Virus record (IMG/VR): IMGVR_UViG_3300045973_000311
Length of the DNA stretch: 64,000 bases
Source of the DNA: a virus
Strand: one strand, 5' to 3'
How positions within the stretch are numbered: the stretch's first letter is position 1; the number at the start of each line of letters is the position of its first letter. The position numbers and the translations under genes were made by a program. Below are positions 1 through 9,641 of this stretch, piece by piece. Under the pieces are notes generated by a model. It ran no database searches. It worked only from the letters and a program-made list of their open reading frames with translations, and was not told the DNA's origin.

Positions 1-277
1 CGACGACCGATGTCGCACCGCCCAGGTTAAGGCTGATCGTGAACCACGATGCGCCGCCGGAAATTCCCGTCGCTTCGTCGTCGAACCAGGCGCGAAACGC
101 AGCCATCTGGGCCTCGGTGAATATCCACGACAGGTCGAGACGGTCATTGCGGGCACGGGTGCGGCTGCGCGTTCGGGCGGCGCCGACTTCCATGTCGGTG
201 CGCACGTTCGGATCGACCGGGTTCAGTGCATAGCCGTTCTTGAGCGGCGCAGGAAGCGAAGAAGGCCAGGTCGGCAT
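1..277 (-). CDS. Minor tail / distal tail protein (gpM-like), partial at window edge; full copy 37399..37755
   Basis: Same sequence as 37479..37755, directly downstream of the tape measure gene. Confidence 0.7.
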   Translation of the reverse strand, partial: MPTWPSSLPAPLKNGYALNPVDPNVRTDMEVGAARTRSRTRARNDRLDLSWIFTEAQMAAFRAWFDDEATGISGGASWFTISLNLGGATSVV

Positions 278-2379
278 CAGTAGGCCCCTGCATTGCGGTT
301 GAGACCATAGGCGCCGGTCATGGCGGCGGGAACAGCCCCGCTACCGTTGGCGATATCGGCGGCGATGGCGTTTTTAGCCTGCTCAATGAAAACGTCGATG
401 ATCTTGTTTCCCTTGCCGTCCGACCGCTGCTGGGTCTTGGTATCGCCGCCCGAGTTGTTGATCACGTTGACTGTGACCTCACCGCCGCCGGACAGTGCAT
501 TGTTGGGGATGATGGTCCCGCTGCTGTTGCCCATGCGCAGAAGTTCGGGGCCTTGTTCGCCGACCAGGTAGGTCTGCCCGGCGCCGACGCTGCCGCCGCT
601 GGCGCGGCCGCCGGAAATGTTGAGACTCTGACTGCTGCCGAGCCACGATCCGCCGCCGGCCGTCGATGACGGGCCGTAACTGCTCGACGCCGTCGATCCA
701 AAATAGGCGCCGAGTATTTGCGTCACATAACTCATGATTCCGGAAACGGCGGCCTTCGCCTGCATGCGGATGATGTCGGCGATGATCGAGTTGGCCAAAT
801 TAGTGAAACTCATCTTGCCGGTCATGGCCAGATTGACGAGGGCATCTTCCATCGCGCCCGTGGTCTTCTGGAAGATATCGGCGGCTGAGCTGGCGGCATT
901 GGTGGCGCCGTCGGCATAGGCCTGGAAAGCCTTGGTCCAGCCAAACTGGAATGAACGCTGTTCGTCAAAGGCGCGGGCAGTGGCGTCGGATACTTTCGAT
1001 TTCTGCGTGGCGAGTTCTTCTTCGGCCTTGCCCAGGGCGAGTTTCTGGGCCGTTTCGTCCTGAACGTCGTGGATGATCCGGGCGCGGATCGCGGCGCCCT
1101 CGTCTTCCGTCCGGTAAAGCGCCTGAGCAATGGTACGCTGGCGATCGGTCATCAGGGCCAGTTCGCTTTCGCGCTGGATGCGCTCAAGGGTCTGTGCGTT
1201 GGATCGGGCATAGTCGCCTACGATCGTGTCGGCGGTCTTGTTGGCCTTTTCAGCATCGTTGGCCTTGTTGCGGGCCAGATAGACCTGGAAGAAGGATTCG
1301 GCAACAGCCTTCTGTGCAGACGTCAGCACTGTCGCGCCAGATGCAAGATCGGCCTGATATTTGGCGTAATCCTTTTCAGCTGACGACAGTTTTTCAACGC
1401 TCATCAGATCGGCCGTCTGGACAGCTATTTTTTCGTTCAGCGAGGTGATCAGCTGGCTGTAATCGTTGGTGTGAGGATCCGGGGATTTATCGTCCTTGAT
1501 AGGGACCTTGCCTGTATCGCCAGCCTTACGCATCTTTTCCATAGCATCGGATATCGCCGTTTGCGCGGCTGCCGCATCCGATGATCCCTTCGCAGCGGAA
1601 ACGAGCGTCGCTGCCAGTTCGCGCCCCTTGGCGCTACCTTTTGAAAGCGCTAAGGCATACTTATCGGCGAGTAGCGTTGATTCCAGCACACCGGAGCGGG
1701 AATCGGCCATCAAGTCTTTTGCCACACTCAGCTCGACGCCGAGATCTTTGGCCATCACTACAGCGCGATCACCGCCAATGATCTTGTCTAGCGTACCGAA
1801 GCTGGACATATCTTTGAGCTGCTTTGACAGCGAAGACTCAGCGAGGCTGGTTGTAACTTCAGCCAAAGCTTTGCGGTATTCCAGGAGCGACACAATATTG
1901 CTCCGGGCAGCTTTGCCGGATTCGTTGAACTGTTCGAATACCGGCTTCATGTCGAATTTCTTGGCAGCTGAAGTCACATCTGCAAGTGCCGTCGATGCAT
2001 CCTTCATGGCATCCGCCAGAGGCTTTACCTGATCGGCGGACTTGAAGAAACTAATAATCTGGGGAGAGAACGTAGCGACGATGCCGGCAACAGCCCCAAA
2101 TGCGCCAAAGGCCGCGAGCAATTGCGGCAATTGCTGGCCCAAGGCTCGAGCGGCATCCGTTCCGCCATTGACCTGCACAAAGAAATCGGAGATCTGGTAG
2201 GAGGCATTCTGTATGGCATATTTCGTTTGTCCGGATAGACCGGAAAATGCCCCGCTTGTAGCCTGCTGCATCTTCTGGGTACCAATCGAGAAATCGTCAA
2301 TTGATCGATTGACCGAATCAAAAGCGGCCTTGGTTTCATCCTTGGCGCTGATGACAATGCCGATTTTCGAGTCGTTCAT
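277..2379 (-). CDS. Tail tape measure protein (lambda family), 700 aa
   Basis: Ala-rich helical protein with a lambda-type C-terminus (FTNLANSIIADIIRM...GGRASGGSV...YLVGEQGPEL), located after the tail chaperones. Confidence 0.92.
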   Translation of the reverse strand: MNDSKIGIVISAKDETKAAFDSVNRSIDDFSIGTQKMQQATSGAFSGLSGQTKYAIQNASYQISDFFVQVNGGTDAARALGQQLPQLLAAFGAFGAVAGIVATFSPQIISFFKSADQVKPLADAMKDASTALADVTSAAKKFDMKPVFEQFNESGKAARSNIVSLLEYRKALAEVTTSLAESSLSKQLKDMSSFGTLDKIIGGDRAVVMAKDLGVELSVAKDLMADSRSGVLESTLLADKYALALSKGSAKGRELAATLVSAAKGSSDAAAAQTAISDAMEKMRKAGDTGKVPIKDDKSPDPHTNDYSQLITSLNEKIAVQTADLMSVEKLSSAEKDYAKYQADLASGATVLTSAQKAVAESFFQVYLARNKANDAEKANKTADTIVGDYARSNAQTLERIQRESELALMTDRQRTIAQALYRTEDEGAAIRARIIHDVQDETAQKLALGKAEEELATQKSKVSDATARAFDEQRSFQFGWTKAFQAYADGATNAASSAADIFQKTTGAMEDALVNLAMTGKMSFTNLANSIIADIIRMQAKAAVSGIMSYVTQILGAYFGSTASSSYGPSSTAGGGSWLGSSQSLNISGGRASGGSVGAGQTYLVGEQGPELLRMGNSSGTIIPNNALSGGGEVTVNVINNSGGDTKTQQRSDGKGNKIIDVFIEQAKNAIAADIANGSGAVPAAMTGAYGLNRNAGAY

Positions 2380-2585
2380 TTATGGTCCCTGATCATTTGC
2401 AGGTCGTGCAGCAGTTCGTCAATGTCCGTGATGCCAAAATGCTCGATTGCCCATTCCAGACCGGACCAATCGAAACCGCCGAGAAAATTCCATACCTGGA
2501 TAGCTATCCGAAATTCAGTCGGGGCCGGCGGTGGTGGTGGCGCTGGTCGCCGACTGACAGCCAGCCAGGCCGCTAGACGTTTCCC
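2376..2585 (-). CDS. Tail assembly chaperone GT-like C-terminal ORF reached by -1 frameshift (not in ORF track)
   Basis: Slippery GGGAAAC at 2579..2585 just before the chaperone stop. The -1 frame reads GKRLAAWL...VWNFLGGFDWSGLEWAIEHFGITDIDELLHDLQMIRDHK*, and its stop overlaps the tape measure ATG. Confidence 0.8.
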   Translation of the reverse strand, partial: GKRLAAWLAVSRRPAPPPPPAPTEFRIAIQVWNFLGGFDWSGLEWAIEHFGITDIDELLHDLQMIRDHK

Positions 2586-2920
2586 CTTTCTTCCTGCGCT
2601 TTCTCGTAGGCCGTATGGGCATCCATCACACCCTGAACGACTGTCGTCCAGAAAGATGGATGGTCCTTAATCCATGTGTTGAATACTTCAGCGTCGAAAA
2701 CTACGGGTTCCGGAAGTCCGCCAGGGATCAAGTCGACCTCTTTGAAATTCCAGTCGACGACGAATTGCGATGCCCATTCGAGATCCATGCGTACCGAATT
2801 GGCATGGGCCGAGGCGACATCCCAGGGCGACGGACGGCGGATAGTCAGCTTCCTGTCGTCTCCGACAGGTAGCTGACTGCGGCGGGCTGCTTCGAACTTG
2901 GCGCGTAGGGCGGCGTTCAT
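2573..2920 (-). CDS. Tail assembly chaperone (gpG-like)
   Basis: Lies between tail tube and tape measure genes; slippery heptamer at its 3' end. Confidence 0.8.
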   Translation of the reverse strand: MNAALRAKFEAARRSQLPVGDDRKLTIRRPSPWDVASAHANSVRMDLEWASQFVVDWNFKEVDLIPGGLPEPVVFDAEVFNTWIKDHPSFWTTVVQGVMDAHTAYEKAQEERGNV

Positions 2921-3577
2921 TTATGCCGCACCGATCGTCAGGCCACCGGTCATCGTAATCTTAGCCGGAGATGTCGTTACGCCCTGCTTGCCGCCGCCCG
3001 GCGCGCCGGTATAGCCCACAGTGCCATACCAGGCAGCCCAGGCGCCATCCGGCCAAACGACGCGGAAAGACTTGTTGGCGCGGGTTTGGAAGGCGGCGAT
3101 CATGGCTTGCTGGGCTGCCGAGCTGGGGTCCCATTGCATGGTCATGTCCGCCGACTGGGCTGAGGCGCCGGTGACGGCCTGGGTGTCGACGGTATCGTTC
3201 ACCGTCGTAGTATCGACGACCTTGATGTCACCACCGGCAAAGCTGAATTCCTGAACGCCCGTGATTGTCGTGCCGAAAGTGATCTTCTGGGCCGTACCCG
3301 ACGTGAAGGTAGAATAGAGCGTGGTATCCAGACCGGTAGCACCATCAATGCCGGCCAGCTGGAAATTGTCGGTCGAGACGTTGACGACCTTGAACAGGCG
3401 GCCATTTAGCTCGACCATGCCGAGCGCCAAGATATAGACGAAATCGCCATTGGCGAAACCATGCGCGGTAGAGGAAACGACGCCCGGCGCGGCCTTGGTG
3501 ATGGCGGTGATGTTTTTCGCTGTTGCGATGGCCGACTCCATATAGAGTTTCAGGCCGGCATTGATATGGATGGTCAT
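2921..3577 (-). CDS. Major tail tube protein
   Basis: 218 aa, Thr/Gly-rich beta protein resembling a tail tube fold; position after the terminator gene. Confidence 0.8.
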   Translation of the reverse strand: MTIHINAGLKLYMESAIATAKNITAITKAAPGVVSSTAHGFANGDFVYILALGMVELNGRLFKVVNVSTDNFQLAGIDGATGLDTTLYSTFTSGTAQKITFGTTITGVQEFSFAGGDIKVVDTTTVNDTVDTQAVTGASAQSADMTMQWDPSSAAQQAMIAAFQTRANKSFRVVWPDGAWAAWYGTVGYTGAPGGGKQGVTTSPAKITMTGGLTIGAA

Positions 3578-3586
3578 TGAGTGCTC

Positions 3587-3994
3587 CTAGGATTGGCTGA
3601 TATCGACATGGGAAACCCAGGCGATGAGTTGGTAATGCGCGGTGAGGCGAAAATAACTTCTGTCGGCACCGTCACCGTCGCTTTCGGTACCAAGGCAATT
3701 CAGTGTCTGGGCGAGCGGCGCGGACGCGTTCAGGACCCGATGCGCTTCGACATGCAGGACGTCGGTGTTTAGCTCGGTAAGAGCGAATATTTCCAGCGTG
3801 AAATCGAGACTGATTTGGTCTGATTCCATCGTCAGCGCGTTTTGCTGGGTAGCTACCCGACGCAAGTTGATACCGGGTAGATCTGTTTCGCTCAATGCGT
3901 CTTCCCTACTCCGCCAGACGTTTGATCCGGCTGAGGTTGTGGCCAGTACAGTGAGCACGATGGCGAGGAGTTGTTCGGGGATCGAGTTGGCCAT
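3587..3994 (-). CDS. Tail terminator (gpU-like)
   Basis: 135 aa; synteny between head-closure and tail tube genes. Confidence 0.6.
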   Translation of the reverse strand: MANSIPEQLLAIVLTVLATTSAGSNVWRSREDALSETDLPGINLRRVATQQNALTMESDQISLDFTLEIFALTELNTDVLHVEAHRVLNASAPLAQTLNCLGTESDGDGADRSYFRLTAHYQLIAWVSHVDISQS

Positions 3995-4311
3995 CAGGGC
4001 ACCCGGGGCCGGGCCAGCGCCACATGTTTTTCGTCGCCCACCGCATTGACGGGCTTTGGATCGGTACGAACGACGTACAGAGTTCCGGAGGCGACTGGGA
4101 ATTCAACCTGGTCATTTCGCTTGATATCCGGGAAATTTTCTGTCGGAAAACGCATGCCCAGATTGACCGCCTGAACATCGGCACCAAGGACCAGCTCGCC
4201 CGGCTGCTCGAAGATAGCCGGTGCGGTCACCGCACTTCCCGTTTCGGGATGATGGGTGACCAAATCGCCGATCAGGGCATAAACATCAGAGACGGTCGAG
4301 GGCATGGACAT
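3994..4311 (-). CDS. Head-tail joining / head closure protein
   Basis: About 105 aa; ATG at 4311 lies 6 nt after a -10 element; synteny. Confidence 0.6.
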   Translation of the reverse strand: MSMPSTVSDVYALIGDLVTHHPETGSAVTAPAIFEQPGELVLGADVQAVNLGMRFPTENFPDIKRNDQVEFPVASGTLYVVRTDPKPVNAVGDEKHVALARPRVP

Positions 4312-4360
4312 GCCCAAATGGTAAAGATTTGGCTGTCCGGTTTCTTCCCATAAAACCGGA
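4307..4360 (-). promoter_or_regulatory. Putative activator-dependent late promoter 2 (dyad TCCGGTTT-N9-AAACCGGA plus -10 TACCAT)
   Basis: About 55-nt near-identical copy of 11363..11417, including the start codon; follows a terminator. Confidence 0.7.
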
Positions 4361-4379
4361 CTTTATGGAGAGGACATGG

Positions 4380-4401
4380 AAAAACCGCCCGAAGGCGGTT
4401 T
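4380..4401 (-). terminator. Rho-independent terminator ending the head operon
   Basis: Minus strand reads AAACCGCC-TTCG-GGCGGTTTTT. Confidence 0.8.
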
Positions 4402-4433
4402 GATTGAATGTTCGTGAAGAGGGGATTAGAAAA

Positions 4434-7070
4434 TCAGTATTGTTTAGGTTTAACTGCATACGCAGTGCCAGTTCCGGTTCCTGCTCCAGTTGCTTTGAAA
4501 TACGTGCCTGCGGTTGTCGTAGGAGCGCCGTAGCTGGTCCATACAGTATCCCCCGGAGTGGCGATGATGTACCAAGTTCCAGCTACGAGCGCGGTGGCTG
4601 CTGTAGTTGCTACGTCGGCTACTGGTGTCGGGTCGCCCATCAAGCGCCAGCTATTTGCTGCCGTTCCTTGGCAGACAACCAAGCCAGCAGCGCCGAGCGT
4701 CCCAAGTACAGCATTGTTGTTGTACACAATCGCACCATCTGAGCGACCACCAAGCAATGAAAGATCGACTGAGAAATCTGCACAATTACCGTGGAAACTC
4801 CACGTCGGGGTTGTTCCATAAACAATATTTTTCACTGTCGATGCCGGGGGATAATTCTGGTTTTTACAGCTTGATTCCCAAACATTTATCGTATTGCCAG
4901 AACCGTTGTTAACAATATATTCATTCGAGCACTCAACGTTTGACATGAATATATTGAAAACCTTGCTGTTGCCGTTAAGCGATACACCGCCTTGCACCTG
5001 ATTGTTTCCTAAAACATTAGATAACTTAACGTCTATGTTTTTTGTTCCTGACAAATACACAATAGCCTGCCCATTATTTGTCCCATCTCCAGCGACGATA
5101 GAGTTAGAGATCATGACCCGGCCAAGCCCAGCCTGAGTAGATGCAATATTTACCAAAGAAGAGTTATTGGAATACAGGCTGCAATTATCAATTTGAACTG
5201 AGTCAAATTGGCAGTTGCTGTTAGCCAAGAATATATTCGCGCCTCGCGTGTTTCCAGTACCGCGTGCGGTGACGTTTGAAATCTTTGACCGCAGCAAGGT
5301 GTGAACGCCTGAGCCACCACCGAAATTAACTAGGGCAACTGTGCCTGTTGCATTGGTCAAATCGCAATCAACATCAACACCGTCAATCAGCAAACCATCG
5401 ATTGTGCAGCTCGCATTCGAGCCTCCGAGAACCGCGCCAGTCAGCCCAGTAGGATTGCCATCAACCTCGCCGCCGTGACACGCTACATTGAAGATTTTTA
5501 GGTCTTTAATGCTCACCGTGCTGACAACCTGCCCGATAGAAATCATTGCCTGATTTAAACCAGAATTACCATGCAGACCATCAATCGTAATATCCTCAAG
5601 AGAGCCAGTTTCTGCGGACGCAGCGTCAAGCAGCACGGTGAATCCAGAAAGATTTGACGCTTTGTGCTGATCGATAATCTTAGCCCGTTTGATTGGAGCA
5701 CCAGCACCAGCGGCAAGAAGCAGAGTCCGAGAACCACCAGATCGCCAAGCCGAAGGCATGAACGTCAAATCCTCACAAGCGCCGTCGCTATTCTTTGTGC
5801 CGTCTGCGTCGAGGAAGTCATATGCAGTGTAGCCAGTGTTATTCGCGGTTATTGCGATGATGTCGTCACCGGCAGAACCGAAGAAGCCGCCAACACGAAT
5901 GCGATTCAATGGGCCGCAACCATGCACACCGTCAGAAGGATTAAGCATCGACCCCGGCATGATCTCAGTATCCCATGCGTTGCAATAGGTGATTGCGTAC
6001 TTCGATGCCCCAGCGAATGTGCCGTAAATCTTGGCGTTTCCTACCTTGTTGAAAATCGAGCAGAAGCGTTGGAAATTTGACGAATTGGAGTTGTCATTCT
6101 GGTCAAATACACCACCGCCACGAATTGTGAAATCAGCGTCAGCGGCGTAGGTGATGATCGTTCCTGCGCCGGCCGGAGGGGCAGAGCCGAAGCCCACCAT
6201 GCGGAAGGTATAAGACACGCCAGCGGTTACGCCAGTAATGCGATGCACCCCGTTGTAATAGCCGCTTGTGTCGCCCTTGAGCAGCACCGCGTCTCCGACA
6301 GCGCGGGTGTGACCGGCTTCGGCAACGGTAACGACTGTGATGTGGTTTGCCGTGGCCGAGGTGACGGAGGTAGGAGAGCCTTTGTTGCTACGCCAATTTT
6401 TATTGACGATAATCGGGTACACAGTACCGAGAGCGGGGCCGAGAATGCGAACGCCCGGCGCGACGTAAAAGTCCGTGTCGTTGGTGATGCGAAGCACGCT
6501 GATGTCGGTCAAGTCGCTGACGACGTGATACGTACCAGGCGTGGTGATCTGCACCAGCCCCTTACCGGCCAGTGCTGCATTAATCAGCGTGGTGTTTGCT
6601 GCCGCCGCACCTACGTCACCCGCGACGAGTCCTGAAATCTCACCAGACCCACCGCCACCGAACGGCACTGTACCACCCGTATTCGGGTCAATAATTTCAA
6701 TCACCCCGGTGAGAGTATTCTTAGTTACCGATACGCCACCACCAGATGCCGTATTAATCAGGACGGAAACCATTTTCGCAGATGACGAAGCTGCCTGGGC
6801 AATGCCAATTGCGCAGCTCCCGGAATTAGCTGATACCCGTTTATTGACCGTATCCCAAAGGATCGCCGTACCATCTTCAATCGATTCTCCGACGATTTTT
6901 GGCAGTTCCCAGACGCCTTCCGTACCAAATGCGCCAGGCTTATTGGCAACAACATCGTGCAGCGCAATGCCGAATAGACTGGAGCCGAAGAGATAGCCAT
7001 CGCCAGAAGCGACGGCGATCGGCGGCGTCAGGGTCATCGAGGCGCCGCGCTGAACGAAGTTTTGTGCCAT
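4434..7070 (-). CDS. DUF2190-like capsid decoration domain fused to a long beta-helix-like domain (putative head spike), 878 aa
   Basis: First ~107 aa are paralogous to the adjacent DUF2190-like gene, followed by a Gly linker, a tailspike-like beta-helix start and Asn/Gly/Ser/Val-rich repeats. Confidence 0.7.
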   Translation of the reverse strand: MAQNFVQRGASMTLTPPIAVASGDGYLFGSSLFGIALHDVVANKPGAFGTEGVWELPKIVGESIEDGTAILWDTVNKRVSANSGSCAIGIAQAASSSAKMVSVLINTASGGGVSVTKNTLTGVIEIIDPNTGGTVPFGGGGSGEISGLVAGDVGAAAANTTLINAALAGKGLVQITTPGTYHVVSDLTDISVLRITNDTDFYVAPGVRILGPALGTVYPIIVNKNWRSNKGSPTSVTSATANHITVVTVAEAGHTRAVGDAVLLKGDTSGYYNGVHRITGVTAGVSYTFRMVGFGSAPPAGAGTIITYAADADFTIRGGGVFDQNDNSNSSNFQRFCSIFNKVGNAKIYGTFAGASKYAITYCNAWDTEIMPGSMLNPSDGVHGCGPLNRIRVGGFFGSAGDDIIAITANNTGYTAYDFLDADGTKNSDGACEDLTFMPSAWRSGGSRTLLLAAGAGAPIKRAKIIDQHKASNLSGFTVLLDAASAETGSLEDITIDGLHGNSGLNQAMISIGQVVSTVSIKDLKIFNVACHGGEVDGNPTGLTGAVLGGSNASCTIDGLLIDGVDVDCDLTNATGTVALVNFGGGSGVHTLLRSKISNVTARGTGNTRGANIFLANSNCQFDSVQIDNCSLYSNNSSLVNIASTQAGLGRVMISNSIVAGDGTNNGQAIVYLSGTKNIDVKLSNVLGNNQVQGGVSLNGNSKVFNIFMSNVECSNEYIVNNGSGNTINVWESSCKNQNYPPASTVKNIVYGTTPTWSFHGNCADFSVDLSLLGGRSDGAIVYNNNAVLGTLGAAGLVVCQGTAANSWRLMGDPTPVADVATTAATALVAGTWYIIATPGDTVWTSYGAPTTTAGTYFKATGAGTGTGTAYAVKPKQY

Positions 7071-7178
7071 GGTATTTCCTTGTATTCCGCGCTGGCCCCC
7101 GGATCATATACAGTGTCCGGGGGGCTTGAGCATGCTGCGGGCGGGGGTTATGAGTTCGTTTTGATGACTCTAGCCGGA

Positions 7179-7526
7179 TTAGCTACCCGACGGCGGTGGC
7201 GGCTCGAGGAGGACCTGCACGGTAGCCGATGGATTGGCGGCTGCCGTGACGGCAATGCCGATGCATTGCTGGCCTGCGGCAGTCTTGTTGACGACCTTGT
7301 TGGTCGGGTCCCAGAAAACGCGATCGCCGACGGCGATGGCCAGAGCGCTGGTCTTGGGGATTTCCCAGACGCCTTCAGTGGCAAAGGCACCGGGCTTGCC
7401 GTTGGATACGTCGTTGATGGCGATGCCAAAGAGGCTGACACCGAAGAGGTAACCGAAACCGGCGGGAACGTCGGCAGCGGGGGTCAGGGTGAGGACGTCG
7501 CCTTCCTGAATATAATTGAATGCCAT
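7179..7526 (-). CDS. DUF2190-family capsid cement/decoration protein
   Basis: MAFNYIQEGDVLTLT...GVWEIPK...GDRVFWD...IGIAV pattern, directly after the capsid gene. Confidence 0.8.
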   Translation of the reverse strand: MAFNYIQEGDVLTLTPAADVPAGFGYLFGVSLFGIAINDVSNGKPGAFATEGVWEIPKTSALAIAVGDRVFWDPTNKVVNKTAAGQQCIGIAVTAAANPSATVQVLLEPPPPSGS

Positions 7527-7577
7527 GGTGGATCCTTTCATGGCGGGCGCCAGGCGCCCGCGTGGATTTCGTTGGGA

Positions 7578-9641
7578 TTAGTTCGGGTTCTTGACCAGGC
7601 CGCGGAAGTCGAGCGCCTTGACGCCGGCGTCGATACGGACCTTGAATTCGACGCCATCGACCGTCCAGCCACCCTGCTGCTCGAGCGTCGGGGCGGAGTT
7701 TCCGTCCAGGTAGGCGACTTCGATGGTGTCATGCATCGTCGGATTGGCCGAGCCGTACCAGGTCGTGGAGGACACGGTATCGAGACGGGCATCGGCGATG
7801 ACTTCAAAGACGCCGCGCATCCAGTTCGGCGTCGTGTTATTGCGGGTCGAGGAACCGATTTCGTATTCGGAGTTGGCGACCTGTAGGGCCAGACCCTTGA
7901 GGGAGCGCGGCACGATCAGGTAGGCCATGCCGAGGTTGAGCGTGTTGTTGGAAGCATCGACCTGCTTGGCCATGGCGGCATCGGCGGCATCGACCGAGGT
8001 GGTCGAGATCGCAGCAGCCGTCAGGAGGTTGTTGTGCGTGGCGTGGAAGAGTGCGACGGTATCGGCCATCGCCGGGTTGGAGGTCAGCACGGCATAGACC
8101 AGGTTGCCGACAGTGCGGATCGCGGCGCGACCCATCTTGTTTGGCACGCGGGTGAAGGCATCGAGATCATCGTTGATGATGGCCTGGCGATTGATCGAGA
8201 ACATGCGGCCGTAGGTAGCCAGCTGGATCTGTTCGCCACGGTCGCCGATGGTAGCGTACTTGTACTCGGCACCCGGTGCGACTTCGAGCAGGGCCGGGAA
8301 GGTATTGAGGTCGACTCGCTTGGCAGCCTTGAAGTCGGGCAGGTTACCGATCGAGGTCCATTGCTGGAAGGTTTCTTCGGCTTCATCGTAGCCCTTGAGC
8401 ATGGACTTGTTGGCGACGTCAGCCAGCAGGTTGTCGAAGTCGCTGGTCGAGTGCGTGAACGCGGCTGCGACGACGGCCATCTTATCCATGCCCTTGGTGC
8501 TGATGTTTTTGCGATGGAGGGTGGCACGGGCAAATTCCATGAGCGAATAGCCGCGGAATTCGTTGCTCGGGTCGTTGGCGAGCAGGCCGGAGCGGATCAT
8601 GATGCCGGAGATGGCTGCGGCGCGGAACTTGTCGTGCTCATCTTCGATGGTCATGACGAGACCGCCGCCGAGCGGTTCGGCATTGCGGCCGATCTGCTGC
8701 AGGAGCTGGGCCCGATAAGATTCGACCGAGGTGGCCGGATTATCCAGGGCGTTGTTGGTGACGGCGGCGATATCGGCACGGGCCATGAAGGGCTTGGCGA
8801 TAGCCTTGATTTGGTTACGGCGGCTGGCTTCCTGTTGCAGGGCCTGGGCACGGACGTCATCGACATCGATGGCCAGCGAGGCATCGAATACATCAGAGCC
8901 TGCTGCATTAGGCGCCACGGGAGCCGGCGTAGTCTGGTTCGGGGTGGCGGCGTTGGGGGCAGCCGCGGGCGGGGTCGTGCGGTTTTGCATAGCAATTTCC
9001 TTTACGGAAGGTTGAGCGGCGGCTGCCGCGGGTGGATTTACCCGGCGAGCGGGTGGGACAAAACGGTTTTGGGTGTAGGTGGCAGCAATCGGCAGGCCGG
9101 CGACGATGTTGTCGATAAAGCCGGCATCCTTGGCTTCGGCGGCGGTGTACCAGTGGTCTTCACGCGAGGTGAGGATGGCGAGTGCTTCATCCTGGCTGAT
9201 ACCGCCCGGGCGGACATAGGCGGTGGACATGGCGGCGGCCCATTTGTCAAGCAGGTTGGCTCGATCGCGCAGTTCCTGGGCATTCCCGGCGATACCGCAC
9301 CAGGGTGCGTGGATCATAAGCATGGCGTTATCGGCCATGTCGATCGTGTCGCCAGCCATGAGAATGAGCGAGGCTACGGAGAGCGCCTGGCCGTCATTGC
9401 AGGTAGTGACGTTGGCCTTATGCCGGCGCAGGGCATTGAAGATGGCTAGGCCGTCCGGCACGCTGCCGCCGATGGAGTTGACGCGGACGTTCAAGGTATT
9501 GACGTCGAGATCCTTGATATCGGCGACGAACTGGGCAGCGGTGACCGATTCTTCATACCAGCTCTGGCCGATATCGCCGTAAATGAAGACATCGGCGCTT
9601 TTCGCAGCGGCGCGGGCCTGAATGGTGTACCAGGGTTTCAT
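7578..9641 (-). CDS. ClpP-like (S14) prohead protease fused to major capsid protein
   Basis: N-terminal IYGDIG...VNSIGGSV...ALSVASLI...MIHAPW; C-terminal capsid motifs (YGRMFSINRQAIINDD, KVRIDAG). Start MKPWY overlaps the portal stop. Confidence 0.9.
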   Translation of the reverse strand: MKPWYTIQARAAAKSADVFIYGDIGQSWYEESVTAAQFVADIKDLDVNTLNVRVNSIGGSVPDGLAIFNALRRHKANVTTCNDGQALSVASLILMAGDTIDMADNAMLMIHAPWCGIAGNAQELRDRANLLDKWAAAMSTAYVRPGGISQDEALAILTSREDHWYTAAEAKDAGFIDNIVAGLPIAATYTQNRFVPPARRVNPPAAAAAQPSVKEIAMQNRTTPPAAAPNAATPNQTTPAPVAPNAAGSDVFDASLAIDVDDVRAQALQQEASRRNQIKAIAKPFMARADIAAVTNNALDNPATSVESYRAQLLQQIGRNAEPLGGGLVMTIEDEHDKFRAAAISGIMIRSGLLANDPSNEFRGYSLMEFARATLHRKNISTKGMDKMAVVAAAFTHSTSDFDNLLADVANKSMLKGYDEAEETFQQWTSIGNLPDFKAAKRVDLNTFPALLEVAPGAEYKYATIGDRGEQIQLATYGRMFSINRQAIINDDLDAFTRVPNKMGRAAIRTVGNLVYAVLTSNPAMADTVALFHATHNNLLTAAAISTTSVDAADAAMAKQVDASNNTLNLGMAYLIVPRSLKGLALQVANSEYEIGSSTRNNTTPNWMRGVFEVIADARLDTVSSTTWYGSANPTMHDTIEVAYLDGNSAPTLEQQGGWTVDGVEFKVRIDAGVKALDFRGLVKNPN

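Noticed and set aside
8034-9449. 471-aa plus-strand ORF
   Set aside because: Antisense shadow of the capsid gene in GC-rich DNA; no RBS and no motifs.
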